Source: Leptolyngbyaceae cyanobacterium (GTDB lineage Bacteria > Cyanobacteriota > Cyanobacteriia > Phormidesmidales > Phormidesmidaceae). Taken from it: a DNA stretch of 21,265 bases. Shown piece after piece: positions 1 to 7,114 of the stretch (its first letter is position 1; each line of letters starts with the position of its first letter). Both the position numbers and the translations under genes were made by a program. The stretch covers positions 1 through 21,265 of the forward strand of contig JBHJHA010000051.1 of NCBI GenBank assembly GCA_050331235.1, in the 5' to 3' direction. Below the pieces are notes generated by a model. It was given only the letters and a program-made list of their open reading frames with translations. It was not told the DNA's origin and made no database searches.

Positions 1-70
1 CGTTATCTTGATCTGAAAAGTAGACAACTGCCTGCTGAAGCGTTTTGATGTTGGCTAATGCGTCCGACAT
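1..70 (-). CDS. IS1595-family transposase, N-terminal 23 aa (partial, runs off window)
   Basis: Manual translation from ATG at 70 gives MSDALANIKTLQQAVVYFSDQDN, matching the KTLQxAxxYFxDxDxC start that precedes the zinc ribbon in many IS1595 transposases. Not in the ORF track because it is short. Confidence 0.65.
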   Translation of the reverse strand, partial: MSDALANIKTLQQAVVYFSDQDN

Positions 71-99
71 TTCTTAATACCATTCCAACCGATAACACT

Positions 100-128
100 A
101 TTGTAGTTCTAATGTTTTGGTTAGTCAA
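100..128 (-). promoter_or_regulatory. Sigma70-type promoter for the IS1595 transposase
   Basis: Minus strand TTGACT (128-123), 17-nt spacer, TACAAT (105-100). Each hexamer matches consensus at 5/6; the -10 box lies about 30 nt upstream of ATG 70. Confidence 0.7.
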
Positions 129-141
129 GTATATAAATGCC

Positions 142-655
142 AATACTTTGGGGATGTCAAACGAGGGTAGCGACAGCGATTGGAGATGACTGAGTAGCGT
201 ACTGCCGCAACTCCAGTAGCCTAACTGGAGCCCCAGGCGAGCACCGGCAGCACCGCCGAGCGCCAAGCCAATGGCCTGCAAATGCTGCACTAAGCGAGCC
301 GTTTTACGCGCCCAAGGGGCCGCCACTTCTGGAAGACGTTCGGTGAAAATGCGGCGGTGACACGCGGGATTCGAGCAAAAGAATTTACTCACCGTCACGA
401 GTAAGGTCAGCGTGAAATGAACACACGGAAGGTCGGCGTCACGAGTAAGGTCAGCGTGAAATGAACACACGGAAGGTCGGCGAGCGTGCGCTCATAACGA
501 CTGTGAACACGCTGCGTGAAGCTCCCACACAAGGGGCATTGAGCCGTTGTTTGGGTTGAGAAAACGCTGAAGGTGAGATGGCCAGCTTCGGTATCCATTT
601 CATGCCTCTCCATGCGGAGAAGGGAATCAGGTAGAAGTGATTGGAAAAATTCCAC
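142..655 (-). pseudogene. ISL3-family transposase pseudogene (frameshifted by a 44-bp duplication, interrupted at 141/142)
   Basis: ORFs 407..655 and 3..470 join into CPLCG...RVHSRYERTLADLP...KFFCSNPACHRRIFTERL...ARKTARL...IGLALGGAAGARL...PKVL (ISL3 zinc finger and HTH region). Homology ends just before the expected GVDDFA catalytic motif. Confidence 0.9.
393..482. repeat. Perfect 44-bp tandem duplication
   Basis: GTCACGAGTAAGGTCAGCGTGAAATGAACACACGGAAGGTCGGC at 394-437 and 438-481, with CG microhomology at the borders. Confidence 0.97.
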
Positions 656-877
656 GATTAGGGCACCCAGACGGAACTAAACCAACTAGTTTCGCGAATT
701 CTGCCGACTTCACCAAAAGCTGGGAAGAGCCCTAAATAGAGGGATGCGTGTTAAGGCTTCTATTATCTAAGCTTAGTCAAAAAAACCTGAATGCGTTCTC
801 CTGAAGAGTAGGCAAGCTTCCAACACCCAAACAAAGGTTCATCTGTACTGGCCTACTGGGAAATAATCATATTTTCA

Positions 878-1096
878 ACCTCAGTTCGAGTTAAGGTGCC
901 GTGGATATATTCTGCTCTAAGTCCAGAGACGGCTTCTGGGCTGATGGCAGTAAGCAATGAGGCCACAGAGAATGTGGGCAAAGTAATTGACCGGACTTCG
1001 ATGCCTGGAATGCTCAATCTGAGAAATGTTCTTGAGCTGGTCGATGATGGAGCGCTTGCGGGCCAGCAGCTTATCGCTAAGGCGCATTAGGTGGTT
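878..1096 (-). mobile_element. IS982-family remnant: transposase C-terminus plus right terminal repeat
   Basis: Minus strand translates [53 protein letters not shown], the IS982 C-terminal signature. A 1-nt frameshift precedes [14 protein letters not shown]. Terminus ACCTCAGTTCGAGTTAAGG at 878-896 on the plus strand. Confidence 0.88.
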
Positions 1097-1114
1097 CGGT
1101 ATCAGATTTTCAGT

Positions 1115-2320
1115 TCAGAGGGACTTCATCGCAGACTCAGAATTTACCATGAATCGGTCTGGACTCGTCGCGGCCATAATCTGATCCGCCTGTCCCGTCG
1201 ATGCCCACTGGGCAAAGTGAACAGCGGCAGCGGGCACCAGACCAAACGGACTTGTAAAGCCCGAAAATACATAACCATTTTTAACGCCAGGAATTGCGCC
1301 CGCTAGCGGCAAGCCATCCTGACTAAAGGCGACGCGACAGCTGTGCCAAGCTCCTGGCACAGCTTTGAGCGCTGGCAGCAATTTTGTAATCCCGTCCCGA
1401 ATGCGACGCTCCCCTCGTTCAGCATCGAAATCAGGTTCCAGGGAAGTGTTAATGCGGCTGATTTGACCGATGCGCAGGCGGCGGTCGATAAGCTGTACGC
1501 ACCCCGCATCTAAAAATGGCGGGCGAATTTCACGGTCTGGTTCGTCCCAAATTTGATTGCCGTCTTCGCTGGTTGACTCTGCCTCAATAGCAGAACGACT
1601 CAAATCAGCCGGCATGACCAATGAGTGTAGTGAGATTTCCAGGGGGGAGGTTTCGACCAGCTCGGCATGGCTGAAATATACCGGCACTTTAATACCAACC
1701 GTTTTAATCAGTCCACGGGTGAGGCCGCCAGCGGCGATCGCAACTTGGCCCGCTGCGTAGGCTTGAGCCGGGGTTGTCACCCCGGTGATGCGATCACCCA
1801 CTCGCACCAGCCCCGTCACCTGAGCAATGATGATTTGGCCGCCTCGCAATTGCAATCCCTGGTTGTAAGCGTTGACTAACGCAGTTGAGTCAACATGGCC
1901 GTGGCGCACTGTTAGGGCTCCCGCGATCGCAGTCGGATTCAGAAGGGGTTCTATCGCGATCGCCTCATCCACCGAAATCGGGGTGGGCGGCGCTTCCACT
2001 TGGGCATAGCGCTCAGCTAGCTGCAAGGGGTCTTGATCTGGCTCAACGGTCAGGAGCAGGTCAAGCTCTCGATAGTGGCTGTCAACCCCAGTTTCTTCGG
2101 GCAGTGCAGCATATCGAGCTACAGATGCGCGATAGAGCTGACGGAGTAACTCGCTGTCACCCGACCAGTGGGGGACACCGCCATAGCTGTAGCGGGTAGC
2201 ATTTTTGGGAGCTACCGCTTTGTCAATTAACAGCACCGATAGCCCGAGGCGGCTCAGTTCGTAGCTCAGGGCGGCCCCAGTGAGGCCGTTGCCCACCACA
2301 ATCCAGTCAAAGGTCGGCAT
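1115..2320 (-). CDS. FAD-dependent oxidoreductase, glycine/D-amino acid oxidase (DadA/DAO) family
   Basis: N-terminal Rossmann motif WIVVGNGLTGAALSYEL...LLID, NATRYSYG motif, VAIAAGG, C-terminal DGLPLAG...GFTSPFGLVP. Confidence 0.88.
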   Translation of the reverse strand: MPTFDWIVVGNGLTGAALSYELSRLGLSVLLIDKAVAPKNATRYSYGGVPHWSGDSELLRQLYRASVARYAALPEETGVDSHYRELDLLLTVEPDQDPLQLAERYAQVEAPPTPISVDEAIAIEPLLNPTAIAGALTVRHGHVDSTALVNAYNQGLQLRGGQIIIAQVTGLVRVGDRITGVTTPAQAYAAGQVAIAAGGLTRGLIKTVGIKVPVYFSHAELVETSPLEISLHSLVMPADLSRSAIEAESTSEDGNQIWDEPDREIRPPFLDAGCVQLIDRRLRIGQISRINTSLEPDFDAERGERRIRDGITKLLPALKAVPGAWHSCRVAFSQDGLPLAGAIPGVKNGYVFSGFTSPFGLVPAAAVHFAQWASTGQADQIMAATSPDRFMVNSESAMKSL

Positions 2321-2323
2321 AGC

Positions 2324-2965
2324 TCAAGGATGAATCTGGGCAAGAATAATTCGCAGGCGATCGTAGTCGTCTTTGAGCTGCACGTTGAGCACCCGCCCCG
2401 CCTGCACCAGCCAATCACGGTCAAGCTGCCGCAGCTGATATACCCCGCGAATCACCGCCGCGATAAGGCCATCGACAGGAGCCCCCCGCATATCCATCAG
2501 CGTCCGCAAAAAGTCGAGCTGTTCGGTAAACGTCATGACTTCATCAGCGGCACAGCAAAAAACTGCCTGATGGACTTGGGGCGGACATGGTGGTAGGTGC
2601 TGGTAAATCGTCTCACTCTGAACGGGACAAAACCCGACAATCGCCACGCGAAACTCTGTCTTGAGCATGGCAAAAATTTGAGGTTGCTGTTCCCGCAGTT
2701 CTGCTAGGGAAAGGCCCAACGCCGTTGCCCGATGAACGGAATCCAACGGGCTAGTTGTTGCATGGTAAACCACCCCATAGATGCAGTTACCAGAGTCCTC
2801 ATCCTGCGCCTTGACCCAACTGCCAAAGGCCGGCATCTGAGCAAAGTTGAGGGAGTCGGGTTCCAGACACTGAGCTAAAAATTCCGTTGTGGAGGTTTCT
2901 ACCACCTCAGCAATATGGCCAGGTTGAGGAGCAGACGACCGAAGTTGCGGTAAGGGCAATCGCAT
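2324..2965 (-). CDS. HAS-barrel domain-containing protein (conserved in cyanobacteria)
   Basis: 213-aa ORF with HIAEVVETSTTEFLAQC, PAFGSWVK, IYGVVYHATTSPLDSVHRATALG and PPQVHQAV motifs typical of this family. Confidence 0.75.
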   Translation of the reverse strand: MRLPLPQLRSSAPQPGHIAEVVETSTTEFLAQCLEPDSLNFAQMPAFGSWVKAQDEDSGNCIYGVVYHATTSPLDSVHRATALGLSLAELREQQPQIFAMLKTEFRVAIVGFCPVQSETIYQHLPPCPPQVHQAVFCCAADEVMTFTEQLDFLRTLMDMRGAPVDGLIAAVIRGVYQLRQLDRDWLVQAGRVLNVQLKDDYDRLRIILAQIHP

Positions 2966-2997
2966 GGCGTAAGACCGTTAGAGGAGGCAGCGATAAA

Positions 2998-3186
2998 CTA
3001 TTTTTTGCCTCGGCGCTTATCGAGGGGTTCTAGTTCTGAGGCATTAAACGTCACGAGTTTGTCCCAGTTGCCCCCTTCAAACAAAACGGCTACTTTGCCA
3101 TCAGAGACACGCTGCACCTGTCCCTGAAACCCATAGTAGGTGTCGTCGACGTTAACGACGCGAACAGCAGCACCGGGAAAAAGCAT
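2998..3186 (-). CDS. ndhS: NAD(P)H dehydrogenase (NDH-1) subunit S
   Basis: [47 protein letters not shown] is the recognisable NdhS SH3-like sequence. Start placed at ATG 3186 rather than TTG 3204. Confidence 0.95.
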   Translation of the reverse strand: MLFPGAAVRVVNVDDTYYGFQGQVQRVSDGKVAVLFEGGNWDKLVTFNASELEPLDKRRGKK

Positions 3187-3327
3187 AACCGTGATTTCCT
3201 GCAAAGATAGCTACCCCATTCTTCTAACACATAATTGGGGATTTCTCGCTGGGGGGCTTTGCCACAATGCCTCTCTCATATCACCGGCATTAATCGGCCC
3301 CGTTCGCTCGGGGGGCACTGCTTCAGG

Positions 3328-4134
3328 TTAGTAGGCGCGACGGCGATCGCCAAACTTTTCTTGGTAGGCGACATAGATTGCCTCTAAAAAGTATTCAGCC
3401 GGCAGTTCAGCCTGGGGCAGTTCTGCCAATTCAATGATTGTTTGGAGCTGCTGGGCTAGTTGCAGACTGAGTTCTTTGCGGGCTTTGTCGGTGAGGATTT
3501 GGCGCCGCAGCAAGTACGCCCGCAGGGTAGCAAAGTCATCGGGCAGCAAGTTACCAATTTCTGCCTGAGTCATCAGTTCCGTGGCGAGGTCCTGGGCCGT
3601 GGATGACACCTTGACTTGGGTATCACCGACCACTGTTTCTGATTGCACGACTAACGTCCCCGCGAGCCAATCACCAATTCGCTTTTCTTGCCGGCTGAAG
3701 AGAATGCAAAAAAAGCCAACAAACAAAATGTCGTCGACGGGCCGCAGTAGCGATCGCAGCGTAGCCTGAAAAATGCCCTCGGGTTTGCCGCTATCGTTGA
3801 TCACCCGAATCTGGGTAAGGCGCTTACCCGGGGTTTGGCCCTGCCACCAAGTCTCAAATCCAACAAAATAGCCCCAGTAAATCGTCATCGTAAGCAGTAG
3901 GGCGATCGCGATCAACCACAGTTCGACATCCTCTGATCCCCCCCCCAGCAGCACGATTAGCAAGGCTAACAGAACACCTAAAAAAGACGTAAAGACAGAA
4001 ATCAGGGATAGCGACAGCGATATCAGCACATAGTCGATCAACAACGCTAAGGCCCGATTGCCGATACCCGCCAACGTAAACTCCAGCGCTACGCTCTCTG
4101 GAGTGTGAATTTGGATCGTCTTGAACAAAGTCAT
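3328..4134 (-). CDS. RDD family membrane protein
   Basis: TPESVALEFTLAGIGNRALALLID...YFVGFETWWQGQTPGKR...IRVI...LRSLLRPVD...KRIGDWLAGTLVV, with hydrophobic helices. Confidence 0.92.
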   Translation of the reverse strand: MTLFKTIQIHTPESVALEFTLAGIGNRALALLIDYVLISLSLSLISVFTSFLGVLLALLIVLLGGGSEDVELWLIAIALLLTMTIYWGYFVGFETWWQGQTPGKRLTQIRVINDSGKPEGIFQATLRSLLRPVDDILFVGFFCILFSRQEKRIGDWLAGTLVVQSETVVGDTQVKVSSTAQDLATELMTQAEIGNLLPDDFATLRAYLLRRQILTDKARKELSLQLAQQLQTIIELAELPQAELPAEYFLEAIYVAYQEKFGDRRRAY

Positions 4135-4997
4135 AGGTCTCGCGGGTATTGGGGGCGATCGCGCAATTGAATATCCAGGCCCTCACGCCGACTGCGCAGG
4201 TCATAATACAGCACCGACTTAATGGTCTGGAAAAAAGGAGACGCCAACACAATCACACCAAAAGCCAAGACTAAAAAGACCAACAGCGCCAGCAATATTC
4301 CCAAAACCGCTGCCTCATTGCCGCCCCCCTCTAGGAACCCACTGCCCAAAAACGGCAGGGCAACTAAAAGTGGAATCACAATCATTAAGGCATACAGCGG
4401 CAAAATTACCAGGTATGACACTAGCAGGGTCAACAGTATTCGGACCCCTGATCCTTTGGTCAACTCCCAGCTGCGGGTAATCGCTGCCGTCGATTCCAGT
4501 TCAGGCTCCAACGCCAAAATTAGATCCCAGAGAAACAGCCGCGCCTGCACCCACATCTGTGCTCCCAAGACCACTAACTGCGCGACAAAGGCTAGCAATG
4601 CCGACAACACCGCCATCGCTTCTCCGGCCGATCCAACTAGGGAGATAGGCAAAATCACGATGCCTACAGCAAAGGATAGGGCATAACTCACTGCCATCTG
4701 AATCAGAAACACCAGTAAAGCAATGCCCAAAAACGGCCATAAACGAGGCTCTACTGCCCGTAAAGACTGGGTTGCCGTCTCTGGCTGGCGCCGCATCTCC
4801 TGAAAACCCATGCGCCCAATTTGGGCATAAATCATGATGCCTCGAGCCCACCCATACACTGGTACCAAAAACCAGAGGGCAGCTTTGATACTGAGCCCCG
4901 AAAACGTCTTAAAGTTTGAGCGCAGTAGACTAATGCCGGCGCTTACAACGTCACCAACATTGAGCGGTCGCATCGGGCGAGCAGATTTAGAAGTCAT
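4131..4997 (-). CDS. Multi-pass membrane protein (DUF975 / GDPD-membrane-domain-like)
   Basis: RPLNVGDVVSAG start, several TM helices, AITRSWELTKG and YYDLRSRREGLD motifs. Overlaps the RDD start by 4 nt (ATGA). Start chosen at ATG 4997. Confidence 0.75.
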   Translation of the reverse strand: MTSKSARPMRPLNVGDVVSAGISLLRSNFKTFSGLSIKAALWFLVPVYGWARGIMIYAQIGRMGFQEMRRQPETATQSLRAVEPRLWPFLGIALLVFLIQMAVSYALSFAVGIVILPISLVGSAGEAMAVLSALLAFVAQLVVLGAQMWVQARLFLWDLILALEPELESTAAITRSWELTKGSGVRILLTLLVSYLVILPLYALMIVIPLLVALPFLGSGFLEGGGNEAAVLGILLALLVFLVLAFGVIVLASPFFQTIKSVLYYDLRSRREGLDIQLRDRPQYPRDL

Positions 4998-5172
4998 AGG
5001 TTGCCTCAGATGAACGAAAAAACGCAAAGTATAGCGTCTACTGGCAGCCAGAATAGGTCTATGATTCCTGCCTGGCACCTCAACTGGCGAGAGGCTATAA
5101 CGGTTGCGTCAGTCCTGCTTCATTAACTTGCCCATATCCTAGGCTAGGAATGGTCTAGCCCTTTTTATTGTT

Positions 5173-6165
5173 ATGAACATTCAACGTTGGATTGCCAGAC
5201 GGGAAGTTAGCTGGCGCCAACTCGATGATTTACTCAGTCGGGCCGAAAAGGGAGGGCTCGATTCTCTGCGAACCGACGAAATCAAAACACTGGCCAGCCT
5301 GTATCGGTCAGTGTCAGCCGATTTGGCTAGGGCCCGCACTCACGACGTTGGCGACGCCTTAATTCGTGATTTGCAAAGACTCACATCCCGTAGCTACAGT
5401 CAGATTTATCAAGGTTCCAGACGTCAAGACTGGCGTGCGATCGCTGATTTCTATCGCTATCGCTTTCCTGCTGCGGTGCGGCGGACTTGGATCTATATTG
5501 CGATTGCCACCGCGCTATTCATCGTCAGCGGCTTCATTGCCTGGTGGTACGCCTGGCAAGATCCTTCCTTCATGTCTCTGGTGCTGGGCCCAGGCTTTGT
5601 CGCCGAAGTGCAAGAAAGCGAAGAACTCTGGACCGTCTCCATCTTGGGTCAGGAGCCGATCGCCTCCAGCACCATCATGGTCAACAATATTGCGGTCTGC
5701 TTCAACGCCATCATCGGGGGGGTGACCTTTTTATTGCCCCAAATTCCCCTCCTTACGCCGCCCGGAGCCTTTACCGTCTTCCTTCTCGTTTTTAACGGGT
5801 TGATGTTGGGTTCGGTTGCCACTTTGGTAGCTCAAACTAATCTCGCCTATGACCTTTGGGCTTTTGTTTTCCCCCACGGTGCCCTAGAGCTGCCAGCCAT
5901 CTTTTTTGCTGGCGGAGCAGGGCTCTTATTGGCAAGGGCCATTTTGTTGCCCGGCAAGTATCGCCGCATTGACGCCCTCCAAGTGTATGGTCGTCAAGCC
6001 GCCGAGTTGGTCTATGGCATCGTGCCCATGCTAATTATCGCGGGGATTATCGAGGGCTTCTACTCCCCCAGCCCTTATATTCCAAATCCTATTAAGTACG
6101 CCACTGGAGCCATCCTGTTTGCCCTGTTGGTCACCTATTGTCTCCAGCGACCCCAGAGCCGCTAG
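5173..6165 (+). CDS. Stage II sporulation protein M (SpoIIM/DUF95) family membrane protein
   Basis: MNIQRWIARRE..W..L, LYRSVSADLARART, IMVNNIAV, FNGLMLG, PHGALELPAIFFAGGAGL and AGIIEGFYSP motifs. Confidence 0.92.
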   Translation: MNIQRWIARREVSWRQLDDLLSRAEKGGLDSLRTDEIKTLASLYRSVSADLARARTHDVGDALIRDLQRLTSRSYSQIYQGSRRQDWRAIADFYRYRFPAAVRRTWIYIAIATALFIVSGFIAWWYAWQDPSFMSLVLGPGFVAEVQESEELWTVSILGQEPIASSTIMVNNIAVCFNAIIGGVTFLLPQIPLLTPPGAFTVFLLVFNGLMLGSVATLVAQTNLAYDLWAFVFPHGALELPAIFFAGGAGLLLARAILLPGKYRRIDALQVYGRQAAELVYGIVPMLIIAGIIEGFYSPSPYIPNPIKYATGAILFALLVTYCLQRPQSR

Positions 6166-6389
6166 GCCCTGCCCCCGCCCGCCGGCGGGACCCACAAGAG
6201 GACAGTCAGGCCGAGTTGAAAAAAGTCTGCATAAGTAATGAATAGTCCCAGGCTTCCCCTGATAGAAATCACATATCAGCGTGAGCTTTGTCCCATGGAA
6301 ACGATGTCAAGCTCACAAAGGTGGACTCGGAAACATGGCGAACAAGTTTGTTTTTACGACTGACACGACCTCAATGGAGCCCCACCGCC

Positions 6390-6500
6390 ATGACTCCCGA
6401 ACAAGCACAAGGCTGCTGGATATGCCTCACCATCACTGTTTCCATGATTGTCATCTGCCCCGCTGTCGCCTGGGTCTTGCTGCCTCGACCGATGACCTAA
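6390..6500 (+). CDS. Putative 36-aa single-pass membrane microprotein
   Basis: MTPEQAQGCWICLTITVSMIVICPAVAWVLLPRPMT*: uncharged 20+ aa hydrophobic core, with GGAG 10 nt upstream of the ATG. Confidence 0.35.
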   Translation: MTPEQAQGCWICLTITVSMIVICPAVAWVLLPRPMT

Positions 6501-6522
6501 CCGGACCGATGACCTAACCGGA
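6487..6522. repeat. 17-bp tandem duplication
   Basis: GACCGATGACCTAACCG at 6487-6503 and 6504-6520, followed by GA. Confidence 0.95.
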
Positions 6523-7003
6523 TTGCCGACTCATCCTTCGAGATCGCGACCTTGCCGGTCTAGCAGAGCTGCTAGCCTAAAGCCCCCATCTTTACCAGCC
6601 GCAAATTCAGCAGCAATGGATAATCGCAACTGGCATCGCTGCGGTGCGGCATCGCGGGCGTCGTTATCTTTCCCACGGCAAAATCCATACCTTCCGCCTA
6701 CTCCATGTAGAATTTTCGAATCGTTGAAAACATGAGCAACATTCTCAACAGCAGCACTCAATGACTCCGTCTCGTAGTCGAGGCAATAGACACTGGGGGC
6801 GAATAGTACAATCCCCCAAACTCTAGAACCGGTGGAGCAGTAAAAAATATCGTTTGACCGTGGGCATCCCCACGATATTAGAGATGGGGCAGTTTGCTTT
6901 CTATGAGACGGCAACTGCTCCCAGGCATCTAGCAGACTAACCGCGATTAACCCATGAGCCCCAGCGATCGCCCTGGACTTGCCACTGTAGGCACTTTAAA
7001 AGG

Positions 7004-7031
7004 AAAAAAGGAGAGCTGAATTCAGCTCTCC
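7004..7031 (-). terminator. Rho-independent terminator downstream of gatB
   Basis: Perfect palindrome GGAGAGCTGAATTCAGCTCTCC (7010-7031) followed on the minus strand by a T6 run, about 85 nt after the gatB stop. Confidence 0.8.
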
Positions 7032-7079
7032 CTACCATCAGGGTGCATCTACATAACACAGTATGGCATACAAAGAGTG

Positions 7080-7107
7080 AGGGGTGGAACCCCTACCCCT
7101 TGCTTTT
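7080..7107 (+). terminator. Possible terminator hairpin
   Basis: AGGGGTGG-AACCC-CTACCCCT stem-loop (one G-U pair) followed by TGCTTTT. Confidence 0.4.
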
Positions 7108-7114
7108 ACGAAAC

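Larger units (their letters stand above)
1..141 (-). mobile_element. Left end of an IS1595-family insertion sequence (continues beyond the window start), inserted into the ISL3 transposase
   Basis: ISL3 homology stops abruptly at ...DIPKVL. The minus strand then reads GGCATTTATATACTTGAC, resembling GG-initiated IS1595-family termini, followed by a promoter and an ORF with an IS1595-like N-terminus. Confidence 0.7.
142..731 (-). mobile_element. ISL3-family insertion sequence, left portion (interrupted)
   Basis: Minus-strand terminus GGCTCTTCCCAGCTTTTGGTGAAG starting at 731 is a typical ISL3 GGCTC end, upstream of ISL3 transposase sequence. Confidence 0.85.

Noticed and set aside
1..48. Plus-strand frame RYLDLKSRQLPAEAF* as the 3' end of a gene
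   Set aside because: The minus-strand reading has a promoter, an ATG and a transposase-like sequence, which explains the region better.
3..141. C-terminal tail of the 3..470 ORF (AFIYLTNQNIRTT...)
   Set aside because: Read-through into the inserted element's end and promoter; not ISL3 sequence.
896..1090. 64-aa plus-strand ORF ([10 protein letters not shown]...)
   Set aside because: It is the antisense shadow of the IS982 transposase remnant.
393..6522. CRISPR array interpretation of the 44-bp and 17-bp repeats
   Set aside because: Each has only two directly abutting copies with no spacers, and there are no cas genes in the window.
6531..6914. 127-aa minus-strand ORF and overlapping plus-strand ORFs (6281..6517, 6523..6735)
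   Set aside because: Non-ATG starts, atypical composition and no recognisable motif. Cannot be supported, though not excluded.
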